Position numbers and translations under genes: made by a program
Part shown: piece after piece, positions 9,671 through 20,738 of the stretch
Numbering within the stretch: the stretch's first letter is position 1
How the letters are laid out: every line of letters starts with the position of its first letter
DNA from: Candidatus Oxydemutatoraceae bacterium
GTDB lineage: Bacteria > Pseudomonadota > Gammaproteobacteria > Poriferisulfidales > Oxydemutatoraceae
Direction: 5' to 3'
Assembly: GCA_965220085.1 (NCBI GenBank)
Contig: CBDCOZ010000003.1
Location: 768,001-832,000, forward strand
Length of the DNA stretch: 64,000 nt
Notes under the pieces: generated by a model
The model's input: only the letters and a program-made list of their open reading frames with translations
Told to the model about the DNA's origin: nothing
The model's database searches: none

Positions 9671-9948
9671 CGGGCGCTAACTGGCGCTTCCTCGCGGGAG
9701 AGTCGGCATAGCGTGGTTATGTCGGAGGCGTACGGCAAATGCGCTGATTCCGCATACATTCGCGACGGCGCGCCTCCCGCCTTAAACGTTGTCGGCGCGG
9801 CATCCGCTTTTCGGCGGCGAATGCGTGTCGCCGGAAGGCGCGGCCTGCGAACACGAATGCGGGCGGAAAGTTGTGCGGTAGTCGCTACCGCCCGCCGGTC
9901 AACCCGCAAAGGGAGCTGACTGGCGGGTAGCCTGACAGTAGCTACCCC

Positions 9949-10258
9949 TAAGAAGCCGCACACAATCTAAGAAGCCACAAATAATTCAAGAAGTCGCACA
10001 CAACTTAAGAAGCCGCAAACAATTAAAGAGACCGCATACAACTTAAGAAGCCGCAAACAATATTCAATGAGACACAAACAGTTAAGTTAAGAACCCACAA
10101 ACAACATTTAATGAGACACAAACAATTAAGTATTGTTTGTGCTCCATCACCGTTTGTGCTCCATCACCGTTTGTGCTCCATCACCGTTTGTGCTCCATCA
10201 CCGTTTGTGCTCCATCACCGTTTGTGCTCCATCACCGTTTGTGCTCTCATTACCGTGC
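9949..10258. repeat. Bipartite repeat element: degenerate ~19-bp repeats facing exact 17-bp tandem repeats
   Basis: About 9 copies of ttaagaagccgcaaacaa-like units (9949-10125), then a central inverted repeat cacaaacaattaagtattgtttgtg, then GTTTGTGCTCCATCACC x6 from 10135 plus one variant. Confidence 0.9.
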
Positions 10259-10323
10259 GCTATCGGAGAAGTGCCATGAGGTCCTCCTCGTCCGCTGCCC
10301 ACGAGGGGCGAATGTTGCTTGCG

Positions 10324-11918
10324 CTATCGGAGGGGCCCCTCCAAGAAGAGGCGCAGCCGCAAGCGCAGGTGTTCTACCAGATTGATTGTGATGGTGGCGG
10401 CGCGGGCGCTGGTATTGCGGATGATGGGTCGGTCATCTTCATCAAGGGCGCCGCTCGGCTCATCGCCATCGTCGGTTACTTTGAAGGTGAATGCGGCATA
10501 GCCGCTCTGGACGCGCTGCCCGCCCGCCGGCCAGTAGGCGATGGCGCCGATGTTGGCGGCGGTCACGCGCTGACCGACAGTGGCATCGGCGCCGCCCACC
10601 CGCAGGGTGCCGGCATCCGGCAGGCTGGCAATCTCCACGCTGGCCAAGTTGTCGCCGTCCTCATCGTCAAAGGGAAAATCTCTGACTGCGAATCTGAAAG
10701 GCCGGCTCATGGTGGCATCCGCCGACACATTTATCGTGCGGTCCCGGGGTATGGGCGCATCGCTGGCGTTGCGCACCCGGGCAGCTGCGGAGCACAGCCC
10801 CGTCACAGTCTCCGGCATGGCGTGGAGATCCATGAAACTGACGCAGACGCGGATGTACAGGCCGACATGCGCCTGCCGGGGAGTGAATGATCCGCCGATG
10901 ACCCCGGGTATGGCGGCGAAGGCGCCGTCCATGGCGGCGGATGACCGCCATTCCCACTCAAGGGTGCGCAAGTCTATGCCATTGGGCTCCACTATGCCGT
11001 CTCTTCTGGCAGACAGTACGGCATCCTCGGCGTAGGTCGGGGCTTCAACAGCGGTGGCTATGGTGGGCCCGCCGCTGGCGGCAATCTGGGCCAGCGATAC
11101 CAGGCGGATGAAGATGTGGTTGACGACGTTGGTGTCCCTGTTGTCGGTGCCATCGCTGCCATCATCGGTCACACTGAAGGCGATGGCGGTGTAAAAGGCA
11201 TTGGCATCATCAGGGTCGGTGGGTTGCTGGCCCGGCTCAGGGTAAAAGGTCAGAGCGCCGGCATTCAGTTGGGCCACGGTTATGGGGTTTTCGGGGACGG
11301 CGGTCAGGGCCGTGCCATTCAGGGCCAGTGTGCCAGCATTGGCCACTCGCGTCAGAGTGACACTGACCAGCATGTCATTATCGGCATCTTCAAAGGTGAA
11401 GTCGGTTGGCTGGAACTCGTAGGGATTCGCGGAAGTGGCGGCGATATTTACCGAAACGAAGTTGGCGGTGGGCACCGGCCGGTCGTTGATGTTGGCCACG
11501 GCAGGGGTTATCTGCCGGCATCGCTGCTCGTTGTTGCCGGCGTTGTTGGCAAACGATGCGCAGACCCGCAGAAACTTGCCCACCTCGTCATCGCCCGGAG
11601 TGAAGGCGGCGTTGGTCGCGCCGGCGATGTCGGCGTAGGCGCCGCCATTGCTGTCGGCCGCACTCCACTGCCAACTCAGAGCGCCCAGGCCATCGGCATC
11701 GGCTATGGCGGTGTTACCGCTGCCGCCGTTGGCGGTGATGACGGAATCCTCAGTGGGAACGGTTACGCCGCTGGCGTAGGTGACCCCCGGCATGCCGGTG
11801 GCATTCTGCGCTTGAACCTGAGTGGATACGATGCAAACCGCGAGCAGGATGCCGGCGGCTATCCGGCTAGCGGATGCGGCGAGGGGGGGGGGGGTAATAT
11901 AATATTTTGTCGGGTCAT
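10324..11918 (-). CDS. Secreted adhesin-like protein (2x Ig-like plus cadherin-like domains) with FLEGPLR tail; frameshifted at poly-C
   Basis: GAGGAG RBS and ATG at 11918. C12 leads to an early TAG; C13 would join signal peptide RIAAGILLAVCIVSTQVQAQ to ORF 10324..11793. Contains WQW...GAT..FTP...RVCxSF and ND.P...DFxF.D.D.D.L repeats; ends HLRLRLRLFLEGPLR. Confidence 0.85.
11883..11894 (-). repeat. Poly-C tract C12 (G12 on + strand; out of frame)
   Basis: Counted directly. ATG 11918 to the ORF start at 11793 is 125 nt. Confidence 0.9.
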
Positions 11919-12033
11919 AGCATTACTCCTCATAGCGAATTTGGCATGAACATTATTAGCCTCCTGCGAGGCTACCCTGCGTTTAATAGTAAAAGTTGGC
12001 ATAAACATCATTCGGTCTCTGCGCAAAGCCTGC

Positions 12034-12061
12034 ATTATACAGAATATTCCTCAAGTGTAAA
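12034..12061 (-). promoter_or_regulatory. Putative promoter of tail-gene unit 2
   Basis: On the minus strand: TTTACA, 16-nt spacer, TATAAT. Confidence 0.45.
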
Positions 12062-12250
12062 CGTCGTATTTGCGCCCATCATCGGCGCATCCTTAACATT
12101 ACCACAACGGCGGCTATTTGCAAACATCGCCATTTTATAATACCTTCCATTCTTGACCGGGCGGGGTCGATAGGCAAGTCCGGGCGGGGTTATTTGTCTT
12201 TAGCGGGTGAGTTGGTGTAATATACGAACTAAATTTGGCACTTTTACCAG

Positions 12251-12270
12251 AGCCCCGCAAGGGGTTTTTT
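12251..12270 (+). terminator. Terminator-like hairpin in the rimP leader (candidate attenuator)
   Basis: AGCCCC-GCAA-GGGG followed by a T run, about 30 nt before rimP. Leader terminators are known upstream of gammaproteobacterial rimP-nusA. Confidence 0.55.
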
Positions 12271-12298
12271 GTTATCTGTAGTATTTGAGGCGGCTTTG

Positions 12299-12781
12299 AT
12301 GGGAAAAGAAACACATAACTTGACCGAGATTATCAGGCCTGTCATCGAGCGCATGGGGTATGTCTATTGGGGCATGGAATTTTTTTCTTATGCCCGGCGC
12401 GCGACCTTGCGGGTGATGATTGATCATGCCGACGGCATTACCCTTGATGACTGTTCTGCTGTCAGCGATCAGTTGAGCGGCGTATTGGATGTTGAGAATC
12501 CGATCAGGCAACCGTATGTCTTGGAGGTCTCTTCGCCGGGTATCGACAGAGTGTTGTTTGAAGTCGCGCACTATCGGCGCTACATCGGCGAGAAGGTAAA
12601 AGTGAGCGCTTATTCGATGATAGACGGGAGAAAAAATTTTTCCGGTTTGTTGAAGGCCGCGGAAGAAGATGCGATAACCGTCGAGGCGGACGGTGTTGAC
12701 GTGCAGATACCGTTTCGTTTGATTCGGCGGGGGCATCTGGTCTGTGGCAAAGCGCAATTGGAATCATGTAATGCGGAGTAA
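12299..12781 (+). CDS. rimP: Ribosome maturation factor RimP
   Basis: GITLDDCSAVS, YVLEVSSPGIDR; position upstream of nusA. Confidence 0.95.
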   Translation: MGKETHNLTEIIRPVIERMGYVYWGMEFFSYARRATLRVMIDHADGITLDDCSAVSDQLSGVLDVENPIRQPYVLEVSSPGIDRVLFEVAHYRRYIGEKVKVSAYSMIDGRKNFSGLLKAAEEDAITVEADGVDVQIPFRLIRRGHLVCGKAQLESCNAE

Positions 12782-12786
12782 ATACG

Positions 12787-14718
12787 ATGAAAGGAAAAGA
12801 AATATTGCTTATTGCGGAAGCGGTGCAAAATGAAAAGGACGTAAGCGAAGACGATATTTTCGGCGCGCTGGAAGCGGCGCTTGCGACGGCGGCGCGCAAG
12901 AGCCAGTCCGACATGATAGATGTTCGCGTGTCTATCGATCGCCAAACCGGAGACTATCGGGCTTTTCGCCGCTGGCATGTGCTGGATGACGAGGACCCCG
13001 AGTTTTGTTCGCCCGACTATCAGGTGCTGTTGAGCGCGGCGCGCAAACAAAACGATGCGCTCCGGGCGGATGATTACATTGAAGAAGAGCTGGACGGGCT
13101 TTCTTTCGGACGCATATCGGCGTACGCCGCCAAGCAGGTCATCGTGCAAAAATTGCGCGAGGCCGAGCGCAACCGCATCGCGTCTTTGTACCGCCCTCTG
13201 GTGGGCACGGTAGTGATGGGGGTTGCCAAGCGCGAAGAGCATTCGGGCTTGTATGTCGAACTGACCGACGGCATCGATGGCTTCGTCCCGCACGAAGAGA
13301 TGATTCCGCGCGAGACGATTCGCCCCGGGCAGCGGGTGCGGGCGCATCTGAAAGAGGTGCGCGAAGAGATGCGCGGCCCGCAGTTGATCTTGTCGCGCAC
13401 TTCCCCCGCATTGCTGATCAGCATGTTTCAGATAGAAGTGCCGGAGGTCGGCCAGGGCCTGATAGAGATTATGGGCGCGGCGCGCGACCCGGGCTTGCGC
13501 TCAAAGATAGCCGTGCGCTCCAATGATCCCAGTTTGGACCCGGTGGGCGCGTGTGTCGGCATGCGCGGGTCGCGGGTGCAATCGGTGTCCAATGAACTGT
13601 TTGAAGAGAAGATAGACATTATTCCGTGGGACGAGGACACCGCGAAGTTTGTGATCAACGCGATGTCGCCGGCGACGGTGACTTCTATCGTGGTGGACGA
13701 GGAAAAGCGCTATATAGATGTGGCGGTGGAGGAAAGCAAACTGTCGTTGGCTATCGGGCGCGGCGGGCAGAATGTCAGATTGGCAAGCCAGTTGCTCGGC
13801 TGGCATATCAACATCATTACGTCCGAAGAAGCCGAGCAGAAGCGTCGGGAGGAAACCTCCGCCTTGACCGAGATGTTTTGCGAAAGCCTTGATGTCGATC
13901 GCGAAATCGCAAACATTCTGGTGCAGGAAGGGTTCTCCAACATCGAAGAGGTGGCGTATGTCTCGCCCAAAGAATTGCTTGAGATCGATGAGTTTGACGA
14001 AAAGATTGTCGAGGAAATAAGCACGCGCGCCAATGATGCGCTGTTGAAGCAGGCGATCATGTCCGCTTCGGACGACAGCCAGAAGTCGCCGGATGATTTG
14101 TCCAAAGTGGAGGGCATGGATGAGGTGACTTTGCAGAGACTGACCGCAAGCGGGATCAAGACCATTCAGGATTTGGCGGATCAAGCGGTCGATGACTTGT
14201 TGGAAGTGAGCAGCATGAGCCGCGACAGGGCCGGCGAGCTGATCATGGCGGCGCGCGGGCTGGTGTTTGCGGAAGACGAGGGCGTTGCCGATGACGAGTC
14301 CGAGCACAGCGAAGACGAAGGCGTTGCCGCTGCCGAGTCCGAGCACAGCGAAGACGAAGGCGTTGCCGCTGCCGAGTCCGAGCACAGCGAAGACGAAGGC
14401 GTTGCCGCTGCCGAGTCCGAGCAAGATGAAGGCGAGGGTGTCGCCGTTGCCGAGTCCGAGCACAGCGAAGGCGAGAGTGCCGCCGTTGCCGAGTCCGAGC
14501 AAGATGAAGGCGAGGGTGTCGCCGTTGCCGAGTCCGAGCAAGACGAAGACGAAGGCGTTGCCGTTGCCGAGTCCGAGCACAGCGAAGACGTTGCCGATGA
14601 CGAGTTCGAGCACAGCGAAGGTGTTGCCGCTGCCGAGTCCGAGCACAGCGAAGACGAAGGTGTCGCCGAACCCGAACACGATGCATCGGATGATGCCGGA
14701 ATAAAAAACCGCGAGTAG
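12787..14718 (+). CDS. nusA: Transcription factor NusA with an acidic repeat C-terminal extension
   Basis: AKQVIVQKLREAER, ARDPGLRSKIAV, DPVGACVGMRGSRVQ, LAIGRGGQNVRLAS. Confidence 0.97.
   Translation: MKGKEILLIAEAVQNEKDVSEDDIFGALEAALATAARKSQSDMIDVRVSIDRQTGDYRAFRRWHVLDDEDPEFCSPDYQVLLSAARKQNDALRADDYIEEELDGLSFGRISAYAAKQVIVQKLREAERNRIASLYRPLVGTVVMGVAKREEHSGLYVELTDGIDGFVPHEEMIPRETIRPGQRVRAHLKEVREEMRGPQLILSRTSPALLISMFQIEVPEVGQGLIEIMGAARDPGLRSKIAVRSNDPSLDPVGACVGMRGSRVQSVSNELFEEKIDIIPWDEDTAKFVINAMSPATVTSIVVDEEKRYIDVAVEESKLSLAIGRGGQNVRLASQLLGWHINIITSEEAEQKRREETSALTEMFCESLDVDREIANILVQEGFSNIEEVAYVSPKELLEIDEFDEKIVEEISTRANDALLKQAIMSASDDSQKSPDDLSKVEGMDEVTLQRLTASGIKTIQDLADQAVDDLLEVSSMSRDRAGELIMAARGLVFAEDEGVADDESEHSEDEGVAAAESEHSEDEGVAAAESEHSEDEGVAAAESEQDEGEGVAVAESEHSEGESAAVAESEQDEGEGVAVAESEQDEDEGVAVAESEHSEDVADDEFEHSEGVAAAESEHSEDEGVAEPEHDASDDAGIKNRE
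14272..14682 (+). repeat. About 11 in-frame 39-bp repeats (EDEGVAAAESEHS) in nusA
   Basis: Visible in both DNA and protein. Confidence 0.9.
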
Positions 14719-14727
14719 CCAATATCC

Positions 14728-17142
14728 ATGCCGGAAACGACTATAAAGCAACTTGCCAAAACGACCGGTTTAACGGTTGAGGCGTTTCTCAAGCAAGTTC
14801 TTGCGGCGGGCTTGCCGAAGAAGACCGCCGATGGTGTTCTGACCGATGAAGAGAAGAAGCAACTCGCTCGCTTCATTCAAAGCAACAAGAAGGCAAAGAG
14901 CGCGCTTTCTCTTGGCGGCGGCAAAAGTCAGGATGTGCGCCGGAAGAAACACAAGCAGGTAAAGACCGCCCGCAGGCAGGGACAGACGGCGGCAACGGTG
15001 AGTGTCGAAGTGCGCGGGCGCAAAGCGCCTTCGGCGGCCGCAGCAGCCGCCAAGCGAGCCAAGGCCGACAAACCGCGAGTGAAAAAGAAACCGACATCGG
15101 CGACCGCCGGGTCGCCGCCGGCAAAGACTCCGGCAACCTCCAAGCCCAAGAAGAAAGCGGCGGCGAATAAAAAGCCCGATTCGTCGGCGCAGAAAAAAGC
15201 GCCCCAAGACGCTTCAAAGAAGGAAGCGAAGCCGTCTGATACGGCAAAGAAGCCGGTCGAGCGCAGACAACTGCGGATTGACGGCGCCAAGCGCAACAAG
15301 CGCAAGCCGAAGGAGCGTACGTTTGCTCCGCCGAAGCAGGTCAAGGTGGAAGGCACTCAGAAGCATGCGTTTGAAAAACCGACCGAGCCTGTCAAGCGCG
15401 CTGTGATGGTGCCGGAGAAGATTACGGTGGCCAATCTTGCGCAACGCATGGCGATCAAAAGCGGCGAGTTGGTAAAACTTTTGATGGACATGAATATGTT
15501 GGTCACGATTAATCAGGTGCTCGATCAGGATACCGCGATATTGGTCGTCGAGGAGTTGGGACATATTGCCAAGCCGGAGAAGAGAGACGACACCGAAAAA
15601 GAATTGGCGAAGAAGATGGAAATGGAACCGGGGGTATTAAAAATCCGTCCTCCGGTCGTTGTCGTCATGGGGCATGTGGATCACGGCAAGACCTCGCTGT
15701 TGGATTACATTCGCTCCACTCAGGTGACGGCCGGCGAAGCGGGCGGCATCACGCAGCACATCGGCGCGTATCATGTGGAGACCGACCACGGCATGATCAC
15801 GTTTTTGGATACTCCCGGGCACGAAGCGTTTACCGCGATGCGCGCGCGCGGCACCGGCCTGACCGACATCGTGGTGCTGGTCGTTGCCGCCGACGATGGC
15901 ATCATGCCGCAGACCATCGAAGCGATCGAACACGCCAAAGCCGCCGATGTGCCCATCATCGTCGCGCTGAACAAGATTGACAAAGAAGGCAGCGATGTTG
16001 AGAAAGTGAAGGGCGAACTCGCAAAGCACGGCTTGATTCCGGAGGATTGGGGCGGCGGCAATATGATGCTCGGAATCTCGGCCAAGACCGGGGAGAATGT
16101 GGACCATTTGCTGGAGGCGATCTCGCTGCAAGCCGAGATCATGGAGCTGAAGGCGAGCGAAGAGGGCGCGGCGGTGGCGACGGTCGTCGAGTCTTCCCGC
16201 GACAAAGGGCGCGGCGTGATGGTGACGGTGCTCGTCCATCGCGGCACTTTGAACAAGGGCGATATTTTGCTGGCCGGCGCGGAGTATGGCCGGGTGCGCG
16301 CGATGATAGACGAGCGCGGCAATGATTTGCAACGGGTCGGCCCGTCCCTTCCCGCCGTCGTATTCGGTCTGTCGGGGACGCCGGATGTGGGCGAGGAAGC
16401 GGTGGTCGTCGATGGCGAGCGCCGGGCGCGCAGTGTCGCCGAGCAACGGCGCGAAAAACAACGCGCGATCCGGTTGTCGGTGACGCCCGCGCACGGCGAA
16501 GAGTTGTTCGGTATTTCGGCGCAGGACAAAAAGGAGTTGCGCATCTTAATCAGGTCCGATGTTCGCGGCACGGCCGAGGCGTTGCGCGATTCGCTTGAGA
16601 AAATCGTGAGCGATGAGGTCAAGGCGAATATCCTGTCCAATCTGGTCGGCGGGATTACCGTATCCGATATCAATCTGGCGGCGGCTTCGCGGGCGATGGT
16701 AATCGGTTTTAACGCGCGGGCGGATGCTCCCGCGCGCAAAGCCGCCGAAGCGCAGGGGGTGACGATTCGCTATTACGGGATTATTTATGAGTTGATAGAC
16801 GACGTAAGGAAGATGATGAGCGATATGTTATCGCCCGAGGTCAAAGAGGAGATCGTCGGTCTGGCGACGGTCAAGGATATTTTCCGTTCGTCGCGTTTCG
16901 GCACGGTAGCGGGTTGTCGGGTCGTTGAGGGGATGGTCAGGCGCGGCAACCCGATTCGCGTGTTGCGCGATCAGATCGTCATCTTTGAAGGCGAACTGGA
17001 GTCCTTGCGCAGACATAAGGACGATGCCGCCGAAGTGAACGCGGGGACAGAGTGCGGCATTGCGGTGAAAGACTATAACGACGTCAAGGTCGGCGATCAG
17101 ATAGAAGTGTATGAGAGGATTGAAACGCCTCGTAATCTGTGA
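14728..17142 (+). CDS. infB: Translation initiation factor IF-2
   Basis: [26 protein letters not shown]-domain motifs. Confidence 0.98.
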   Translation: MPETTIKQLAKTTGLTVEAFLKQVLAAGLPKKTADGVLTDEEKKQLARFIQSNKKAKSALSLGGGKSQDVRRKKHKQVKTARRQGQTAATVSVEVRGRKAPSAAAAAAKRAKADKPRVKKKPTSATAGSPPAKTPATSKPKKKAAANKKPDSSAQKKAPQDASKKEAKPSDTAKKPVERRQLRIDGAKRNKRKPKERTFAPPKQVKVEGTQKHAFEKPTEPVKRAVMVPEKITVANLAQRMAIKSGELVKLLMDMNMLVTINQVLDQDTAILVVEELGHIAKPEKRDDTEKELAKKMEMEPGVLKIRPPVVVVMGHVDHGKTSLLDYIRSTQVTAGEAGGITQHIGAYHVETDHGMITFLDTPGHEAFTAMRARGTGLTDIVVLVVAADDGIMPQTIEAIEHAKAADVPIIVALNKIDKEGSDVEKVKGELAKHGLIPEDWGGGNMMLGISAKTGENVDHLLEAISLQAEIMELKASEEGAAVATVVESSRDKGRGVMVTVLVHRGTLNKGDILLAGAEYGRVRAMIDERGNDLQRVGPSLPAVVFGLSGTPDVGEEAVVVDGERRARSVAEQRREKQRAIRLSVTPAHGEELFGISAQDKKELRILIRSDVRGTAEALRDSLEKIVSDEVKANILSNLVGGITVSDINLAAASRAMVIGFNARADAPARKAAEAQGVTIRYYGIIYELIDDVRKMMSDMLSPEVKEEIVGLATVKDIFRSSRFGTVAGCRVVEGMVRRGNPIRVLRDQIVIFEGELESLRRHKDDAAEVNAGTECGIAVKDYNDVKVGDQIEVYERIETPRNL

Positions 17143-17510
17143 TGGCGCTGCCGAATAGGACCGCGCGAGTCGCCAACATGATGCGGCAAGAGATGACCAT
17201 CCTCTTGCAACGCGAAATCCGAGACCCCAGACTGGCCGCCGTCGCCATAACCGATATTGAAGTGAGCGCGGACTTGTCGTCGGCGCGGGTCTATGTGCAT
17301 GTCGCGGCGGGCGATGCGCGGGAAGCCTTGCGCGGCTTGGCCGCGGCGCAAGGTTTTTTCCGGAAAAGACTGTGTCAATTGTCGCAACTTCGGGTCGTGC
17401 CCGAGATGCGCTTCAAGTTGGACGATTCCAAGATCAAGGCGCAACGCATTGAGGAACTGCTCAACGACCCGCGCGACAAAACGGTTGCGGATGAGGATGC
17501 GGCTTCATAA
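17142..17510 (+). CDS. rbfA: Ribosome-binding factor A
   Basis: IRDPRL, EVSADLSSARVY, LRVVPEMRFKLD; synteny. Confidence 0.93.
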   Translation: MALPNRTARVANMMRQEMTILLQREIRDPRLAAVAITDIEVSADLSSARVYVHVAAGDAREALRGLAAAQGFFRKRLCQLSQLRVVPEMRFKLDDSKIKAQRIEELLNDPRDKTVADEDAAS

Positions 17511-17512
17511 CC

Positions 17513-18385
17513 ATGGACGGTTTGCTGCTGGTTAACAAACCCTCCGGCATCAGTTCCGGCAAAGCGGTGGGCCGGGTGATACGCCGTTTGGGCAAGGTCA
17601 AGGGCGGTCACAGCGGCACGCTTGACCCGCTTGCCGAAGGTTTGTTAGTCATCGGCTTGGGGTGCGCGACAAGAGCCTTGGGCCACCTTGCGGCGAAGCC
17701 CAAATGTTATCGCGCGACCGCTCGCTTGGGCGTGTCTACCGCCACCGGAGACCTGGAAGGCGCAATCGTGGCGCGGCGCGATTTTCACATGCCCGATCGG
17801 GAATGTTTGGCGTCTTTGTTCGCGGCATTGCAAGGCGAGATGTTGCAAACCGTGCCCGCCTATTCCGCGCTCAAGCAAGACGGCAAGCGGTTTTATGAGT
17901 TGGCGCGCGATGCGCAAGAGACGCCGCACCGGCAGCGGTGGGTGCGCATACATCGGCTGCAATTGCTCGCGGCGGAGAACGACCGCATCTCGTTTGATGT
18001 CGAGTGCTCCAAGGGGACATATATACGCAGCCTTGCCGAGGACATCGGTCGCTACCTCAATACCGTCGCATGCCTTGCGCGGTTGCAACGCACCGCGATC
18101 GGCGCGTTCGCATTGGAGCAAGCATTGCCGCTTGATGCGATTGAGCAACGCTCGCAAGAGGAGATCGCCGCGGCTGTTCTGCCTGTGGATCAAGCCTTTT
18201 GCGATTTGCCGGCGGCGTATTTGGATGCGACATCGGCGGCTGCGTTTTGTCACGGTCAAACTGTCGCACCGGTCGGCGCGCCGACCGAGGAGCGGTGCCG
18301 AGTGTACGCCGCCGACAAACAGTTTGTGGGCGTTGCAAGCGCGAAGGACGGCCTGCTCAAACCGCTGAAGGTGCTCAAGCCCTGA
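17513..18385 (+). CDS. truB: tRNA pseudouridine(55) synthase
   Basis: GHSGTLDPLAEGLL, PAYSALKQDGK, CSKGTYIRSLAED. Confidence 0.96.
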   Translation: MDGLLLVNKPSGISSGKAVGRVIRRLGKVKGGHSGTLDPLAEGLLVIGLGCATRALGHLAAKPKCYRATARLGVSTATGDLEGAIVARRDFHMPDRECLASLFAALQGEMLQTVPAYSALKQDGKRFYELARDAQETPHRQRWVRIHRLQLLAAENDRISFDVECSKGTYIRSLAEDIGRYLNTVACLARLQRTAIGAFALEQALPLDAIEQRSQEEIAAAVLPVDQAFCDLPAAYLDATSAAAFCHGQTVAPVGAPTEERCRVYAADKQFVGVASAKDGLLKPLKVLKP

Positions 18386-18414
18386 TAGCCGCTGTGCGCC
18401 GGCAAACCGGACGG

Positions 18415-18690
18415 CGATAGTGCGAGCAGGTTACGATGCCGTCCGCGCTTTGCGACATGGAAAGACCGTGCGCACGGGCTCCGATAGGCATCCGGGCTTT
18501 GCGACATGGCAAGACCGTGCGAGCGGGCTCCGATAGGCGGCGATAGGCGAGGGTGCCCGGGCTTTGGAACAACCGGATTTCGCTAGGGCGATGCCGGCAA
18601 CTGTTGCAAAATAGCGACACCGTATTTTCGGGCGAGCGGGTTGCGATAGGCGACGAAGGTCGTTGGGGCTTTGCGACATGGCAAGAAGCG
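18415..18690 (+). repeat. Degenerate direct repeats downstream of truB
   Basis: GCTTTGCGACATGG(C/A)AAGA x3 and several GGGCTCCGATAGGC-like copies. Confidence 0.6.
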
Positions 18691-18922
18691 GGCGGCGATG
18701 CTGTCCTTCTGTGCCGCCATGCCCCCTAATCCGCGCGATAGCGCAAATCTCCGGCGGCGGAGCAGGGGAGTGTTATGGGGGCCGGCATAGCACACTGCAA
18801 GCCCTGTCTTGGCAAGGGTTTCAGGGCAACGCATCCCGCGCATTGCCATAGATACCGTGCAAGCGCCAATGACATATGACATTGCCCCACGTGTGCGATA
18901 TGTCATGGCATCATACATACGC

Positions 18923-18951
18923 TTGCACATGACACGAATTTGTGATATAGT
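18923..18951 (+). promoter_or_regulatory. Conserved promoter of tail-gene unit 3
   Basis: TTGCAC, 17-nt spacer, TGn-TATAGT; homologous to the promoters of units 1 and 4. Confidence 0.6.
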
Positions 18952-19150
18952 GCGATACTCGTTGCTTGCTTAAATATAGGAGATACGGCAGACACTTGTA
19001 GATGACTTGCATTTTGCGTTAGAGTACATAGCATTAAACAATCCACAAACAGTTTGTGGAGCACAATCGGTATTAAATGTTGCTTGTGTGCATATACCGC
19101 ATAGCTAAATTTATCAAAATTATTAGATACATGATATCAGGAGAGTAACT

Positions 19151-20738
19151 ATGAATTACAAATACTTTGGTATAACTACCCCCCCCCCCCCCCCCCCCGC
19201 GTTGTCAGGGCAGGATAACCCGGCATAGCCTCTGGCCGCTCACTCTGCTGGCCCTGTTTGCGCTCTGCGCTCAGGCGCAAGCGCAGAACGCCACTGGCAT
19301 GCCGGAGGTCACTTACGTCAGCGGCATAACCGTTCCCACTGAGGACTCCGCCATCACCGCATCTCAGGGCACCATAGCCGACCCGGACAATACGCCCACC
19401 ACCACGGTCGGCGCCCTCAGCTGGCAGTGGAGCATGGCCGACACCAATGGCGGCACCTACACCGCCATCGCCATGGCGACCAATGCCGCATTCACTCCGG
19501 GCGATGATGAGGTGGGCAAGTTTCTGCAGGTCTGCGCATCGTTCATGGATATGGCCACCACCCCCAATTCGGAGATGCGATGCCTGCAGATAGCCACCGC
19601 TGTGGCCAATGTCAATGACAAGCCGGTATCCATAAACACCAATCTTGTAGTAAATATAAACGCCGATGCCGACAGCCCTCATCCGCTTCGGGCATCCGAC
19701 TTCCCGTTCACCGATGCCGACAAAGATATGCTGGCTGGTGTCATCATACATAGCCTGCCCAGCCACGGTACCATGAGTCTGGATGGCACAGCCCTGACCA
19801 GCGACGATGTTCCCACAGCAACCATAACCGTGGCCAAACTGGACGCTGGTGCCCTGACCTATTACCCGACACCAGCCCAGCGAATGCCGAGCTTCGCAGC
19901 AGTCTCCTTCTTCCAGGCCAGGGTGGTGGATGATGGCAGCGATGGCACCGACAACAAGACCAGCATTGGTGCCAACATCCTTATCGTTCTGACATCGCCG
20001 GACCAGACTGCCGCCAGTGGTGCCCCCACCATAATCCCGTCCACCACCGCCGACAACCCGACCCACGCCGAGGATGCCCAGTTGACCGCCAGCAGCGATG
20101 GCATCACCGAGCCCAATGGCATAGACCGCACCACCCTGAGGTGGCAATGGCAGTCATCCCCCGCCAGCGATGGCGCTTTTGCAGCCATAAACGGCGCGAC
20201 CGGGGTGCTATTCACCCCCCTGCAGGCGCATGTGGGCCAATACATCCGGGTCTGCGTCAGTTTCATGGATTTCCACGCCATGCCGGAGACTGTGGAGGGC
20301 CTGTGTTCCGCCGCCGCCCGGGTGCGCAACGTAAACGATGCGCCCCGGGCGCAAAACCGTACGATAAATGTGTCGGTGGATGCCACGATGAGCGAGCCTT
20401 TCAGGTTCGCCGTCGACGACTTTCCCTTTGCCGATGAGGACGATGACAACTTAGTCAACGTGGAGATTGCCAGCCTGCCGGGTGCCGGCACCCTGCAAAT
20501 AAACGGCGCTGACGCCACTGTCGGCGATATCATAGAAGCCGATGACATAGACGACTTGGCGTACTATCCCGCCAGCCAGAATGCCCAGGCCGGCTACGCC
20601 GCCTTCACCTTCAAGGTAACCGACGATGGCAGCGATGGCAGCGGCAACAAAACTTCCGGCGCCGCCACAATCACCATCAATCTCACGGAGCACTTGCGCC
20701 TGCGCTTGCGCCTCTTTCTGGAAGGCCCGTTGCGATAG
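19151..20738 (+). CDS. Secreted adhesin-like protein (paralog of 10324..11918) with FLEGPLR tail; frameshifted at poly-C
   Basis: ATG 19151 after AGGAGAG. C20 leads to an early TAG; C19 would give RCQGRITRHSLWPLTLLALFALCAQAQAQ fused to ORF 19299..20738. Ends HLRLRLRLFLEGPLR. Confidence 0.85.
19179..19198 (+). repeat. Poly-C tract C20 (out of frame)
   Basis: Counted directly. 19151 to 19299 is 148 nt. Confidence 0.9.

Noticed and set aside
9949-10258. Possible CRISPR array or plasmid iterons
   Set aside because: No spacers, no rep or cas gene, and the context is chromosomal. The short ORFs over it (10111..10890, 10137..10385) are repeat or antisense artefacts.
12140-12250. tRNA-Met expected upstream of rimP
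   Set aside because: No cloverleaf or T-loop GTTCRA motif is visible.
13501-14876. Long antisense and alternate-frame repetitive ORFs over nusA
   Set aside because: They are shadows of the 39-bp repeat in GC-rich DNA.
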